DNA of 64,000 nucleotides from Octopus vulgaris. Taxonomy: Eukaryota. Shown here one piece after another: positions 36,985 to 50,764 of this stretch. How positions within the stretch are numbered: position 1 is the first letter of the stretch; each line of letters starts with the position of its first letter. A program made the translations under genes and the position numbers. The notes beneath the pieces were generated by a model. That model ran no database searches. It was not told the origin of the DNA and was given only the letters and a program-made list of their open reading frames with translations. The stretch covers positions 36,456,001 to 36,520,000 of the forward strand of contig OX597833.1 of the NCBI GenBank assembly GCA_951406725.2, given 5' to 3'.

Positions 36985-39724
36985 ACAAACACACCCGCAC
37001 AACTTAAAAGAACGACTCGGGTGAACGCTGTAGGTGCAACGTTAATCATAATATTTTACCCATCTAGATTAAGTACGTTATCAGTGATTTTAAGTAATTG
37101 TTTTTCACCTACTGCCGATTTTGATTCACGATATGCGTACTAGTTGCCCAATAGGGAGCAATTAGCTGTCTAACTTTTAATATCCATCTCTCGGTGAAAC
37201 ACTTTTGATGCTGTACATATTATTGTTGACTTTGTTGTTGCTGTGGTTGTTGTGAAACCCAGAAATGCAGGACAAGCAAACCTGGAAGAGAAACCCTCTG
37301 TATACCATCAATGTATAGATATGTTTCCAACACACTTGGGGAAGAGGATTATATTAACATGACATGTAAACCTTTTGGAAACATAATTGTTACCTCATTT
37401 TACAGCTTTAAAGTTTTGCTTTTGCAATTCACGTGCGGAAGATAGCTGCGAAATTACTAACGAACAAAAGAAACGACGAATCCTACCATTTAAACTCCCA
37501 AGATACAATAGAGAATGTCGATGATGTCACATTTCTGAGGAAGATATGAAAAAAACTGATCACCAGCCGCCCAAAAATACCATTTAAAATGTCATAATTC
37601 TACTTTTCATTGCAACATGACGCGGCTAAAACAGTATACAGTTGCACCCATGGATGAGAAAATATAGACAATGCTTCTGTTCCTGAATAAATACATATGA
37701 ACACACGTGAAGGTGCGTGGAGATGTTAAGGTCGCGAGTTCAATTCCTGGCGACGCATTGTATTCTTGAGCAAGACACTTTATTTCACGATGTTTCAGTT
37801 TACTCAGCTGACAAAAAAAGATTATTAATACCTGTATTTCAAAAGGCCAACCTTGTCACAGTCTGCGTCACACTGACTCTCTCTGAGAACTACTTTAAGG
37901 ATACGCGCGTCTGTGGAGTGCTCAGCGACTTGCACGTTAATTTCGGGAGCAAGCTGTTCCGTTGATCAGATCAAAATATCAACACAAGAAATATTGGTGG
38001 AACACTTCTACCAAGTGCATAAATACTTCTACTAAGTGTAAACATAACAACCCTGATTTAATTATTAGTAATTAGATGTGAAAGGAAAAAAAAGCCATGT
38101 TGAGTCTAAAACTTTATATGCCAGGAGACCTACAGATGTGAACATTTATGGATAAGTGGAATAAAGACAGCAGATTCTTTCTCTAATCATAATTTAACAG
38201 CCATATCAATAATTATTTGTGCAATTTATTATGATAGTAAACGTTTAAGGAACAATCTCGAAAAGCTGGGGTTTTCAGGCAAAGAAATTGACCAGCTAAC
38301 ATGCAAATTACAATTGTAATATACAAGCGAAACTGTAGAAATACACTAGAAAATATGCTACAGGTCAACTTGTAAAACTTATTGTTGTTTCTATCCAGAC
38401 TCCAGCTATGAAAGTTTTTTCTTTTTTGGAGAGCATCTCCATCTTTCTAGATAGAATTCTAGTAAAAAAAAATAAAGGTATACGTGTGTGTGTGTGTGTG
38501 TGTGTGTCTATCAGGGAGGTGCCGCCTAGGTAGGCAAGGTAGTCAGTGCCTACCTTGAATAAAATAAATCGATAGCAACATTTTCCTCTCATGGCAAAAT
38601 ATGCACCTAATTCAGTAAAATTATGACGGTTAGTCTGATTACTATGCATAAAAACCAAAATGTTTTATTTTTTATTTTTTATTTTTTGTAGATTAGGTAG
38701 TCATAATTCGCCCCTGCTTTCCAATTTCAGTATTTAAGGTACTGTAGTACATATGCTGTGTACACTCCTACAACACCGTTTTCTTTACGTGCTATAAAGG
38801 CAGAAGTAAATCTGCCTTTAACTCAGTCGTGCGTCTGTGTTTCGCATATTTTTTTGTGTTTTACTACAGAAAGGTCACCAACTGCCTATCCTGAGCAATT
38901 ACTGACGGCACGTACCTAATATATGTTGTTGCTATTATGCAAAAATGTAAGTCCAAAAGGTTTCTTTTTCAGAAAACGAAAAAAATAGTTTCACCATTGC
39001 ATAGCAAACCCGTTGTACTGCACTTTGACAATTTTTCATATCTTGGCATCTGAAGCAACTGCAGATACCCATAAAAAACTTATCCTATGTTTGTGTGTAT
39101 GTGTGTGTACGTATCAATGTATGTATGTGTTTACATACATAACCCTGAAGTAAAAGAAAACGCAAAAATACACACACACACAAGCACACTCATTTGTGTG
39201 CTTGTGTGCATGAATTTTACAATCCATACTGCCAATCTCCGATATTTGTTTTCAGTTAATAAGAATTCTGTTGAATATTTCAAATAACAGTTTCAATATA
39301 AACTTACCAATTCTTACACATAATTACTGGTATCTGGGATGACGAATTTGTCTTGAAATATTAAGAGATCATTTTAATCACATTTTTAAAATGTTTCTTA
39401 AGACATCCTGGAGCGTAGGGATTAATTATTTCTATGTAGAAATAGATTTCTAGCCTTCATCTAAATTCCATATTAATTAATTAATTAATTAATCATTTTA
39501 AATCACCATTTTTACTTATTTTGATAATTTCCTCTATTATTTTTATAGGAAAAAACATTATAATAATTAATAATGATTCCGTGGGAATTAATTAATTCTA
39601 TGTAAAAATTTATATTTCATCGTAGCTGAAGATCGATTTATAGTCCGTAGTTCTAACGTTACATTTGTGTCATACATCGTGTCATTTCGCTCCAGGCTTT
39701 AGATGTGCATTCTATCATTTTTAA

Positions 39725-39975
39725 CATTTTACTTGTTACAGTCATTTGACAGTCGCCAAGCTGGGGCACCGCCTTGAAGGGTTTTAGTCGAACAAATTGA
39801 CCCCAGGACTTATTGTTTTTTAAAGCCTAGAAATCTTTTACTGAACCGCTTAGTTATTGGGATGTAAACACAAAAACACCGGTCGTCAAAAAGTGGCGGG
39901 GGATAAACAGAGACACAAAAACACACATATGCGTGTGTGTGTATTTATTTACATATGTATATGTGTATGTATGTA

Positions 39976-40021
<46 letters not shown>

Positions 40022-40183
40022 TCCAGGACGGGCTTCATTCAATTTCCGTCAACCAAATCCAGTCACACGCTTTGATCGGTCCGAGGCTATGGCAGAAGAC
40101 ACTTGACTCAAGTACCACACATTGCGACTGAACCCTGAAGCACGTGACTGGGAAGCAAACATCTTACCACAAAAACAGGCCTA
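39725..40183 (-). mobile_element. SINE family A
   Basis: Reverse complement match. Confidence 0.85.
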
Positions 40184-40952
40184 TTCTTTAAAAAAAATTG
40201 GGGGGGGGGGGGTGAAACTGATGCTCTGTGTGCGCATGCGTATTTGTGTACATGTATGTGTGTGTTGTTCTAAGGTCAAAATATAATGCCATCATATTCA
40301 AAATAAGTAACATCAAGGTGTCGACGGCCACAAACAGCTACTAATGAATATAAATATATACTCATTAAAATAAACTTGATATAACCTTTAATGTAGTTTT
40401 AAAGAAGCTTTCTAAAAACTTCCTTACATTATCCAAAGAATTAGCTTCTCTCCATATTTGCAGCGAGTAAATCAGCGATTACCGTTCTTTTTGCACGTTT
40501 TCTGGTGTCCAACTGGGCTTTACCTTATCTGCCATCAACCCCTTCTGCATATTTGTCTTTTCTCCAAGATAAATATATTCTAAACTTTACGAATGAAAAT
40601 TATGTGAGCAATTTTCTTGTATATCTCGCTCCAGTCTGAATGGCGCCAGAGATCTGGCTTCAAGTGGAACTGCCCTCTGTTTGGGTGCCCAGTTCGCCGT
40701 TTAACGCCAATAGGAGCCTGATTTTATTTTGTCCTTCTTGAGGCATATATGCCGAAAAATCTGGTATGAATTATTTGAAAACATTCGAAACGCAATATAC
40801 AGCCGTTTCAGATGTATTTTTTTTTATGAATAAATTAATTACATCAACTAGAAGAAAACGTTTTCTTCAGGTGAATTAAAATTAAAATCCCAAATCTAAT
40901 ATTTACAATTGTTCACACAATAAATATAGAATGTATTTTGACTCTCTCATCA

Positions 40953-41004
<52 letters not shown>

Positions 41005-41005
41005 G

Positions 41006-41059
<54 letters not shown>

Positions 41060-41068
41060 GTATGTATA

Positions 41069-41123
<55 letters not shown>

Positions 41124-41124
41124 T

Positions 41125-41557
41125 TACTTGGGAAGTCCATTCTCAACACCTAGACCTTTCAACACCTCTCCTCATCCACGTACCAGTACTCCACTCGGAT
41201 TACCACTGGATGTTCATACTCTTTTGGACTCTACTTTCACGGATCTCACTGGCTATTTTCGTTGATGTAAATCGCTCTAACATACCACGGCTTTTGAACA
41301 TTCTGAATTTTTTTATCTTTTAAACTTCGTACGTTAATACTTTGCTATTCTCTCTCCTTTTAAACTTTTTATTCCTTTTTTACTCAACACTTTTTTTTTT
41401 AATCTCTCTCTCTCTCTCTATTTATTTCCAATTATTCCTTTCTGTCGAAAAGCGTAGGCTCGAAACGTTAAAAACCTTTCCATTTTTCCCGACCGTCAAA
41501 CTAATACACTTGCTTGTTGTACCTACCTGTCTTCGTACATGTTTTTCTATAAATTTG

Positions 41558-41560
<3 letters not shown>
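41125..41560 (+). mobile_element. Penelope-like 3' fragment ending in an F1 hammerhead cassette
   Basis: uuu CUGUCGA A AAGC-guag-GCUC GAAAC GUU aaa (41439-41472); (TA)n on both sides. Confidence 0.65.
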
Positions 41561-41610
<50 letters not shown>

Positions 41611-41970
41611 TAATTGTTAAACTTATTCGCTAGCTACCCGATAATTTCTTGTTAAGATCCCTTATTAAGAGATTATCCTTAATTGTTAAACTTATATATA
41701 TATATATATATATAAGAGATAGAGAGGGAGAGAGAGAGAGAGAGAGAGTGGGAGAGGGAAATAAAGAAAGTGTAATTCACGAGACTCCTTCTTTACCGAT
41801 CGTAGTGAATTAAGTCTCGCGGATTCCATTTTGTTCCTCTAATATTTTTATAAACTCAGCGGACACAAAGGAATTTCTGAAGTAAATCCAATAGCACATA
41901 CTACTGAGGACATCAAGTGGTCGAATACAAAGAGTGGGCTTTAAGCGATATAGGACAAGAGGGAGAGAGT

Positions 41971-42004
<34 letters not shown>

Positions 42005-42693
42005 CTGACACACAGACAGACAGGTAGAGAAGGAACAGCCATCCTATGACCACCAAACTTACACGCAATCCATACATGCCAGTCATTTGTCATCGGCATC
42101 ATCAACATTATCCACATCGACCATCGAGTATATACATATATATTCATCACGTACAGTGTTCCTAATCAATTTAATCACAGTCAAAAATAATTCTCTAATG
42201 CCAATATATGACGATATAGATTTAAAAAGTATGGAAGACCATACATACAAAAAACTGTACATACAACGAATTCGGAAAATCTTTTAAATTAACATAAGCA
42301 TTTATTTACATAAAAGAAATAACATAACAAGTGTTGTGCTGAAAATAACAGCTAAATAAAACATTTTGGATAAATCTTTTGAATTAACATAAACATGAAA
42401 ACAAAACGACTGCTTCTAAATTCCCATTTCCTGACTGGGTCACCGCGCAGGTGGATAGTCGAAGTAAATAAATAGACAAAATCGTTTCACATTTATAAAA
42501 AGATTAAAAAAGTATGGTAGACCCTACATACAAAAAAATATGTCCATTTACGTTCATTTACGCGGGAGTTCTGGACAAAATGTTATAGTGCATGACCGTC
42601 CTTGGGACATAAGTAATGTGTGTGTAAAATTTGGAGGAAATCGAGTGAGAATTGGGGAAATGTATGCGTTAGTCATTATACACACACATATTA

Positions 42694-43000
42694 CGATTTA
42701 TATATATATATATATATATACTAGATGAGTAGCTAACCATAATGTAATAACTGTTAATGTGTCTATGAAATGTTTGGATTCTTCAGAAACGCTAATTAGA
42801 TCATCGTTGCCCCTAGAACGTCATGCAGATGAAATACGGCTACGCATTTCGCCCGGCGTGCTAACGATTCTGCCAGCTCGCCGCCGATTTATATATATAT
42901 ATATACTAGATGAGTAGCTAACCATAATGTAATAACTGTTAATGTGTCTATGAAATGTTTGGATTCTTCAGAAACGCTAATTAGATCATCGTTGCCCCTA
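42694..43000. repeat. ~115-bp direct duplication (42694-42815, 42885-43000) enclosing a 70-bp SINE B head (minus)
   Basis: gatttatata...ctagatgagtagctaacc...catcgttgccccta identical apart from TA count. Confidence 0.85.
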
Positions 43001-43422
43001 AAAAAAGAAAAACGTAATGGCCGTCGATGCTCTGAATAGTGGTGAGTTTCTATGTTTAATGATTAGGAAACATTAAACATAGTGAAACCAACGAATTTCC
43101 CAGAGAGATTCATCTTTTTCACAAAACAGGACTAAAAATTTGAGTCTACTCTTATGTTTAGGAACTATTATTTGAAAAAATCTTAAGCTTGCAATTTGTT
43201 CCGCGACAAACGTATGTTTTGTTCAACAAGCGAACAATTGTAATGCCAGTGTGCCCAAAAGATCTTAGGCAGCTGATCTTTTGCGTACACTTATATTATG
43301 CTTGGTCACTGGTTGTACACAAGCACAGAGCTGAGAGGGAACAACGCCAGAAGTTTCTCCTGAACTTACGAGGAAACATAGAAACAGCAGCCGAAACTCG
43401 ATTCTCGTGGTCGATTAACTTT

Positions 43423-43806
43423 AGGAGCAGGAGCGGCTATGGGGTAAGTAGCTTGCTTACAAACCACATGGTTCCGGGTTCAGTCCCACTGTGTGACACC
43501 TTGGGCAAGTGTCTTCCACTATAGCCTCGGGCCGACCAAAGCCTTGTGAGTAGATTTGGTAGATGAAAACTGAAAGAAGCCCTTTGTATAGATGTGTGTG
43601 TGTGTTTGTGTTTCGGTATTCCCCCTCCACCATCACGTGACAACCGATGTTGGTGTGTTTACGTCCTTAGCGGTTCGGAAGAAGAGACCGATAGAATAAG
43701 TACCAGGCTTACAAGCAATAAGTCCTGGTGTCGATTTGTTCCACTAAAGACAGTGCTCCAACATGGCCGCAGTGAAGTGACTGAAACAGATAAAATAATA
43801 AAAGAA
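43423..43806 (+). mobile_element. SINE family A
   Basis: Match to family consensus. Confidence 0.85.
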
Positions 43807-44625
43807 TAAATGTATAATTGATAAGTTACTGCTGATAAAAGAAAGAATAGCATTAAAAGGCGGAATAGTCATTTCGGGAACATTATTTGTCATAGTTTTG
43901 CCATCTCAAGGGTGACTTGAGATAGCAAAACTATGATAGCAGAAACTCAGACGAAACGTTTACTAAAGAAATATATTGGAGTTCGTGTATTACGTCATGT
44001 ATTCCAATACATTATTCTCCTAACCACCATGCTGCTTCGATAGCACCTAATATATAATTACATGTTAGTCTACTTGTTAAGTAGGACTTCAGTGTCTTTG
44101 TTTCAAGATCAGGGGAAGGAAACGAACTAGACTGTTGAAGCCAACAGCAATGCCCGTTTTATTAAGAAAGACTGAATAAAAAAAAAAATGTTTTGTGAAG
44201 TTATGTAATTTCGAATACGTTGACATTGCAGGAATTTACCGTCCTTAGAGAGAACTGGCTCTTTTGGTAATAGCAAATCTGACATTTTGCTAGAACAGTA
44301 CGCCCATGAAAAGAAAATGCCGTTTTATAATAGGTGTATAGATAGATACAGACGCAAGCAGGAAGACAGAGAAGGAAAGAGAGAAAAACAGAGAGAGAAA
44401 GAAAGAGCAGAGCACACTGACATACAGACAAAGGCAGAAATAGAGATGAGGTGAGATATATCTAATTATATATATATATATATACACACACATATATATG
44501 GCTATATGTATATAAATATACATATATATATATATATACACATATATATATATGGTTATATGTATATAAATATACATATATATATATATATATACATACA
44601 TATATACATGCATACATACATACAT

Positions 44626-44680
<55 letters not shown>

Positions 44681-44944
44681 TATATATATATGCGTATACA
44701 TATATACATAACGAAAAGAAAAGGAAAGTATAAAACTGTGGAAATTGTTCAAATTGTCCGGATAATATTTCAACGTCTGGTCATTTTCGCTGATCTTTCC
44801 TAGATATCAGCAGGTGTCACGTAAATTATCTACACATCATCACTGCCTGAAAGGGTTTGCACAAATTACGCTGAAATATCAAGAGCACACATAAGTACTT
44901 ACATGTGTAAATACTCCCGTACACACACATACACACATCACGCA

Positions 44945-45044
<100 letters not shown>

Positions 45045-45047
45045 ATA

Positions 45048-45143
<96 letters not shown>

Positions 45144-45185
45144 CATACACACACACATATACACGTAAATAATAATACATTTACA

Positions 45186-45332
45186 CAGTAATCCTCGCGA
45201 TATCGCGTTTCACCTATCGCGGTTTATTATATAGGCTTACGTCGATTCCTCTGTGGTATTGTTCTGCATTTAATATAAAATAAATATACACAAATTATAA
45301 AAATATTTTTTAAAAATATATAATACAGTACT
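45186..45332 (+). mobile_element. pogo/Tigger-like terminal fragment
   Basis: CAGTAATCCTCGCGATATCGCGTTTCACCTATCGCGG resembles pogo-type TIR ends; no partner TIR found. Confidence 0.35.
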
Positions 45333-45334
45333 GT

Positions 45335-45530
45335 ATTGCCCAAGTGGTTAGGGTATTGCCCTCACGATCGCGAGGTCGTGGTTTCAATTCCTAGACCGTC
45401 GCTCTTCGATCACTTTGACACCTGACGCGTGGTACACCGTGTACTAGTTCAGACAACGTCGGTTTGATGGAGGGAGCGACCTTATGTACAGCACATACAT
45501 TTGGTTACTATAAACAAATCATCTTTGCAG
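45335..45530 (+). mobile_element. tRNA-derived SINE fragment
   Basis: TGCCCAAGTGGTTAGGG A box and GGTTTCAATTCC B box. Confidence 0.55.
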
Positions 45531-45549
45531 GGAGAGTCCGTTATATATA

Positions 45550-45780
45550 TATTTCTTTACTACCCACAAGGGGCTAAACACAGAGAGGACAAACAAGGAC
45601 AGACAAACGGATTAAGTCGATTACATCGACCCCAGTGCGTAACTGGTACTTAATTTATCGACCCCGAAAGGATGAAAGGCAAAGTCGACGTCGGCGGAAT
45701 TTGAACCCAGAACGTAACGGCAGACGAAATACGGCTACGCATTTCGCCCGGCGTGCTAACTTTTCTGCCAGCTCGCCGCC
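45550..45780 (-). mobile_element. SINE family B, full length
   Basis: Reverse complement of 8866-9096. Confidence 0.9.
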
Positions 45781-46141
45781 GTTTCTGCCAGTTCGTTATA
45801 TATATGTTTAGTCACACACACGCACACACATACACATACACGCGCGCACATTTGCAGGGAGAGAAAGAGAGAAAGCGAGATACGTGAAACCTTTCGATCT
45901 GTATTTGAAACCGTAACTATTGCAAGCAGTACTAAACCATCGAAATTCCAATCATAACGACGTAAATCAGTATTTGTCAGAGCAGTCAGAGAATGTGCAA
46001 GTGCGAACTATAACAGTGCTTACTGCTCGTTATCGTTGTCCTTTTGACGTGAGTTTCGTTGACTTGAAATTAAAGGTTTCCAACCTCCGTTGGTGGATGT
46101 ATTAGAATGTAAATATTAGTCATCCCAGGGCAAGGGATACG

Positions 46142-46517
46142 CTTTACTCTTTACTCTTTTGCTTGTTTCAGTCATTTGAATGTGGCCATGCTGGAGCACC
46201 GCCTTTAGTCGAGCAAATCGACTGCAGGACTTATTCCTTGTAAGCCTAGTACGTTTTCAATCCGTCTCTTGTGCCGAACCGCTAAGTTACGGGGACGTAA
46301 ATACACAAACGTCGGTTGTCAAGCGATGTTGGGGAGACAAACACAGACACACAAACGTATACACACACATATATATATACATATATACGACACGCTTCTT
46401 TCAGTTTCCGTCTACCAAATCCACTCACAAACTCTTGGTCAGCCCGCAGTGGGACTGAACCCGGAACCATGTGGTTGGTAAGCAAGCTAGTTACCACACA
46501 GGTACTCCTACGCCTAT
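46142..46517 (-). mobile_element. SINE family A with internal deletion
   Basis: Reverse complement match. Confidence 0.85.
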
Positions 46518-46723
46518 GGAGAAATAATAAAAAGAAAATATGTCATTCTTTTCATATCCCAGTGCATTAATTCCAAAGATTATTTATTACATAGAAATAT
46601 TTTCAAAATACCAAAACATGCATAGAAAAACAGACGAACCATACTCACAGAAGTATAGAAGAAAACGGCAATGTCTTAATATCTTTTTATATATGTGTGC
46701 GTGTGTTTAGATTGATAGACAGA

Positions 46724-46769
<46 letters not shown>

Positions 46770-47054
46770 GAAAGTTCTTTTTACCGGTTGCGCAACCGGT
46801 AAAATGAACTTCCACCTAATTAAATTACTTAAATTACTTAAATTATTTTGTCAGCATTTTCTTCATTTCCTTTTTTATATATCACAACTCGTGTTCCACA
46901 TCTCCTTTTTTAAATATATATATATATATATGTATGTATATTTATATATGTATACATATATATATATGTGTATATATATATATATATGTATGTATGTTTG
47001 TATGTATGTATATGCGTGTGCCCGCGCGTGTGTGTGAGTGTACATATATACTAA

Positions 47055-47285
47055 AGGCGGCGAGCTGGCAGACACGTTAGCGCGCCGGGCGGAATGCTTA
47101 GCCGTATTTCGTCTGTCGTTACGTTCTGAGTTCAAATTCCGCCGAGGTCGACTTTGCCTTTCATCCTTTCGGGGTCGATAAATAAAAGTACCAGTTTCGC
47201 ATTGGGGTCGATGTAATCGACTTAATCCCTTTGTCTGTCCTTGTTTGTCCTCTCTATGTTTAGCACCTTGTGGGCAATAAAGAAA
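47055..47285 (+). mobile_element. SINE family B, full length
   Basis: Match to 8866-9096. Confidence 0.9.
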
Positions 47286-47329
47286 TATATATATGTATGC
47301 ATGTGCTTTAGTGTATCTGCCTGTTATTA

Positions 47330-48055
47330 GTATCCTCATTAGCATCATTATCCTGTACCAGCTGCTGCTCTCAGCCAGGTGAATATCAAAGATCCCCATT
47401 CGGGTCTTTTTTCCGCCATTCTTCCACATTCACCGTCTGGTTGTTTCGTTCAGTCTTCGATGTTATCAAACCGGTTGGTACTAGGTCTTCCTCTCGGCTG
47501 TTTACCATTTAGCTTTCCTTCTCATAACATCCTTTCTATACCCTATACACTTACTATGTGACCAAAATGCCTTTTTAGCAGTTGAGAGTAATAATTTTTT
47601 TGTGTTCGCTTGTTGTAGCACTTATTTTTATTAGTTATATGATTTGTCCAGTATATTCTTAACGTTCTTTTATATGCCCACATTTCAAAAGCTTCTAGTT
47701 TATCAGGCAGATTTGGTCAATATCCATGTTTCTGTACCATATGATAGTGTGAACTGTATGTAACATTTATACCGTATTCTTGTTTCTACTTGTATTTTCT
47801 TTGATGTTAACGCATTTGACACGCTTTCCTTTGTATTCCTTGCAATTTCTATTCTTCGTCAAATTTCAGTTTCAAATTTACCGTTTTTCAGACTTCATAA
47901 AGCCAATATAGACCACGGTTGAAATTTGTTCTATTAGTGTTCCATTTTTGGCTATATTGATGTTAGTGGTTCGTTTCTTGCTGACTGCCATAGTTTTCAT
48001 GTGTGAGTGTTTATTTTTTTTGTATTTATTTTCATTACATATGATTCTTACTTTA
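47330..48055 (-). mobile_element. RTE-clade LINE 3' fragment
   Basis: YGTETWILTK, KLEAFEMWAYKRTLRIYW, EGKLNGKQPRGRP; short ATG/ATA-type tail; a SINE A head sits at 48057-48119. Confidence 0.8.
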
Positions 48056-48279
48056 AGACTGAACTCGGGACCATGTGGTTGGTAAGCAAGCTACTTACCA
48101 CATAGCCACTCCTGCGCCTACTCCTCCTGGGCCGACTCCTTTTTTTTTGTAACATTGATGTAACTGTTCTGTTATTACTTCTGCTGTTTGCTCCCAGTAC
48201 ACTTTAGTTATAATTTGTCTTTACCATTGATTCCAATTTCAGATTGGTATCCTATCATTTTTGGTGTAATGCGTATACC

Positions 48280-48570
48280 ACCAAGAATAATGTGGGTTCT
48301 GCAGTGATAGTTTTGGTAACTAAACCTGGAAATTTACTTAAGAATATTATATAATAGGAAGTACCGTGGAGAAATCAGAAACACTACATGACAGGCGAAA
48401 CAAGATAATCCCTTTTAGGGTTACAGACATCTTGTGGAAAGTGTAAGAAGTATGTCCGGCAGACAAAACAATGCAATCGCAAGTTATGACAAAGGCATCC
48501 TGTAGAAACTATGCATACACCATCGCTCACAATGTTACAAACACATTTGCAGAAACTCTGAAACGGACCA
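48280..48570 (+). mobile_element. Possible piggyBac-like transposase C-terminal remnant
   Basis: Frameshifted QSQVMTKASCRN...SQCYKHICRN resembles the Cys-rich C-terminal domain. Confidence 0.3.
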
Positions 48571-48914
48571 TTCTAGTTTATTATCAAAAATGCATATGAT
48601 AAAACTTATTGTGGTCATGGGACATCCTAGATTAGAGAATTTTGGGGGGAATTTATAATATATTCTAAGGGGAAAATATTATAACTATATCCCCAAAAAA
48701 GAATTAAAATAACATTGTGCTATAATTTTAGGGTGTTGTTTTCTTGAAAAATTCAACATTTATAGTTAGTGAGTTTTAGATTTTGAAAATAAGTAAGTTC
48801 CTCCTAACCATAAACCATCTTCTATATTCAGTTAATCTCTATTCTTCGTTATTAAACGTTCTTCATTATTAAGAAAGTTATTTCATATAAATATATAGCT
48901 GGAAATTGTATTAA

Positions 48915-48996
48915 ATCTTGATCTTGTATTAATGATCTTTATCTAGTATTAACGATCTTGATCTTTTATTAATGATCTTGATTTTGTATTAACGAA
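48915..48996. repeat. 20-bp minisatellite, 4 copies (atcttgatcttgtattaayg)
   Basis: Directly visible. Confidence 0.8.
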
Positions 48997-50569
48997 GTAG
49001 GATATTTCATTAACAATACAATCCAGAAGCCTGTTTATTTGCTTTTCTTCCAGTAAAAGACTGCTTAAGTTTAATGAGTCTATAGACAGGCTTTCACACC
49101 AAAGTTGACTTCCAATTTCCACCGAAACCTACTGTTAGTTATTCATAACAGCTAAATATCGTATAAATATTACAATATTGAATGTTTGTATCATGACTAA
49201 GGAACATTTGTATGCTAGACAAAAAGCCCTAAGATTTTAAAAAACACCGGACATCATCCCTAGCTACATAGTCAGCGCAAGATTTTACTTTACGCTAAAC
49301 GGTATTCGTTTTATTTTTTACTTTCAAGCATGTTTATTTAGTTACTCTGCATTAAACAATTAACCTTAATCAAGTAAATATATCAGAAACATAAGCGCCT
49401 AAGAATCAAATAGAAATAACCCAATTTCTACACACCTTTCGAAATTAAAAAAAAAATTTTTTTAATGAATCATTACTTCTCTACGCGATAAACAGCGCAT
49501 CTCATTCTATACAAATGAAGTTGTATATAGAATTCCTACATTTTCACATAATAAACTAAAGATTTTTACATTTAGTAGTGTTGATGTAGAAATACTGACA
49601 AGTTTAATAGTATCATTGGAATTATATTTCATGCTTTTCGAAACTACGAATGGTTCAGCAGTAAATTCTAATTAGATTATGGATTAGATTAAACATAAAT
49701 ACAAACATATTTGGGGAAAAAAAAATAGTTTCTTTACAAATATCTATGTACATATTCCAAAATACCGGAACACTGCTGGGGTATTTCTTACAAATCAGCC
49801 CTGGAACCAGTAATAGACGATTTGGAACTATTGGGTTCCACGGAAGCGTGTTCAAAAAACTTTGTCATAGAGAACTAAGTATAAACTTGTTACCAGTTCA
49901 AATATGCCTGGGACATATTCGAACCCGTTGGACTGCTATTCCCAACAGTTTGTCAAGGAGAAAATTTCTCACTGTTGACAAAAAGGCCTAAATGCATCAG
50001 TCAGTCGCGGATGCTCTCTACCCAGATCGTTGGATTTCAGAGTAGTCATTTCTTCAACATCAATCACTGGAGAGAGAGGTGTTCTGATTTGGCTACGAAA
50101 CAACAGATCTCTCATATCACATTCCAGTCAAATTACTGTGACTTGTTATGCTAATCTGTGACCCAGCTGTATTAGAATGCAGAAAAGAAGCGATATGCAG
50201 TGATGTACACAAATATAAAACTCGTTACCAGTTTAAATATGCTTAAGACATATTCAAATCCGTAAGGAAACTATTCACTCCATTTTTTTCTTGGAGAAAT
50301 ATTCTCGATGTAGAAAAAGGGTGTAAATACACCAAGTCAGTCCGCTCCCACCAAACCATATAAATGGATGCAAGACTAATGTAAAAAAATTTTTAAAAAG
50401 GCATCGGAGGGGTGATGAATACCCTGCGCGCACACTAGGATAAACTGAATTTTTATTTAATAAATATATTCTCAGACGCATTCATATTTCAACTAAATGA
50501 CATCAAGGGTTATTTCCCTTGCTTATCGTTTATGCATGTGTAATAAAGAAAAAGAAACATTTTGCTTCA

Positions 50570-50760
50570 CCAGTCCGCCAATTATGAAGCTATTCAAACC
50601 AAAATTTAATGATATCGAGCCATTTACCCAATGAGTATTTCTGCCAAATTTGGTGAAAATCCGTTTAGTTGTTTTTCAGTGATTTTGCAAAAACACAGAC
50701 ATACAGACTAAGACGAACGACTATAATACCCAGCTTTTGCTTACGCATGCAGGGTAATAG
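50570..50760 (+). mobile_element. Helentron-associated (HINE/DINE-1-like) end
   Basis: gccaaatttggtgaaaatccgtttagttgtttt...(acag)n...tataataccc...gggtaat; similar motif at ~42600-42726. Confidence 0.4.
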
Positions 50761-50764
50761 TGTT

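Noticed and set aside
36558-37049. 163-aa ORF as a protein gene
   Set aside because: Mostly spans the LTR-like direct repeat; no recognisable motif
38040-38720. RLE-LINE end (PDLII...) and hAT-like MITE (CAGGG...CCCTG)
   Set aside because: Too decayed to support; TIR match too short
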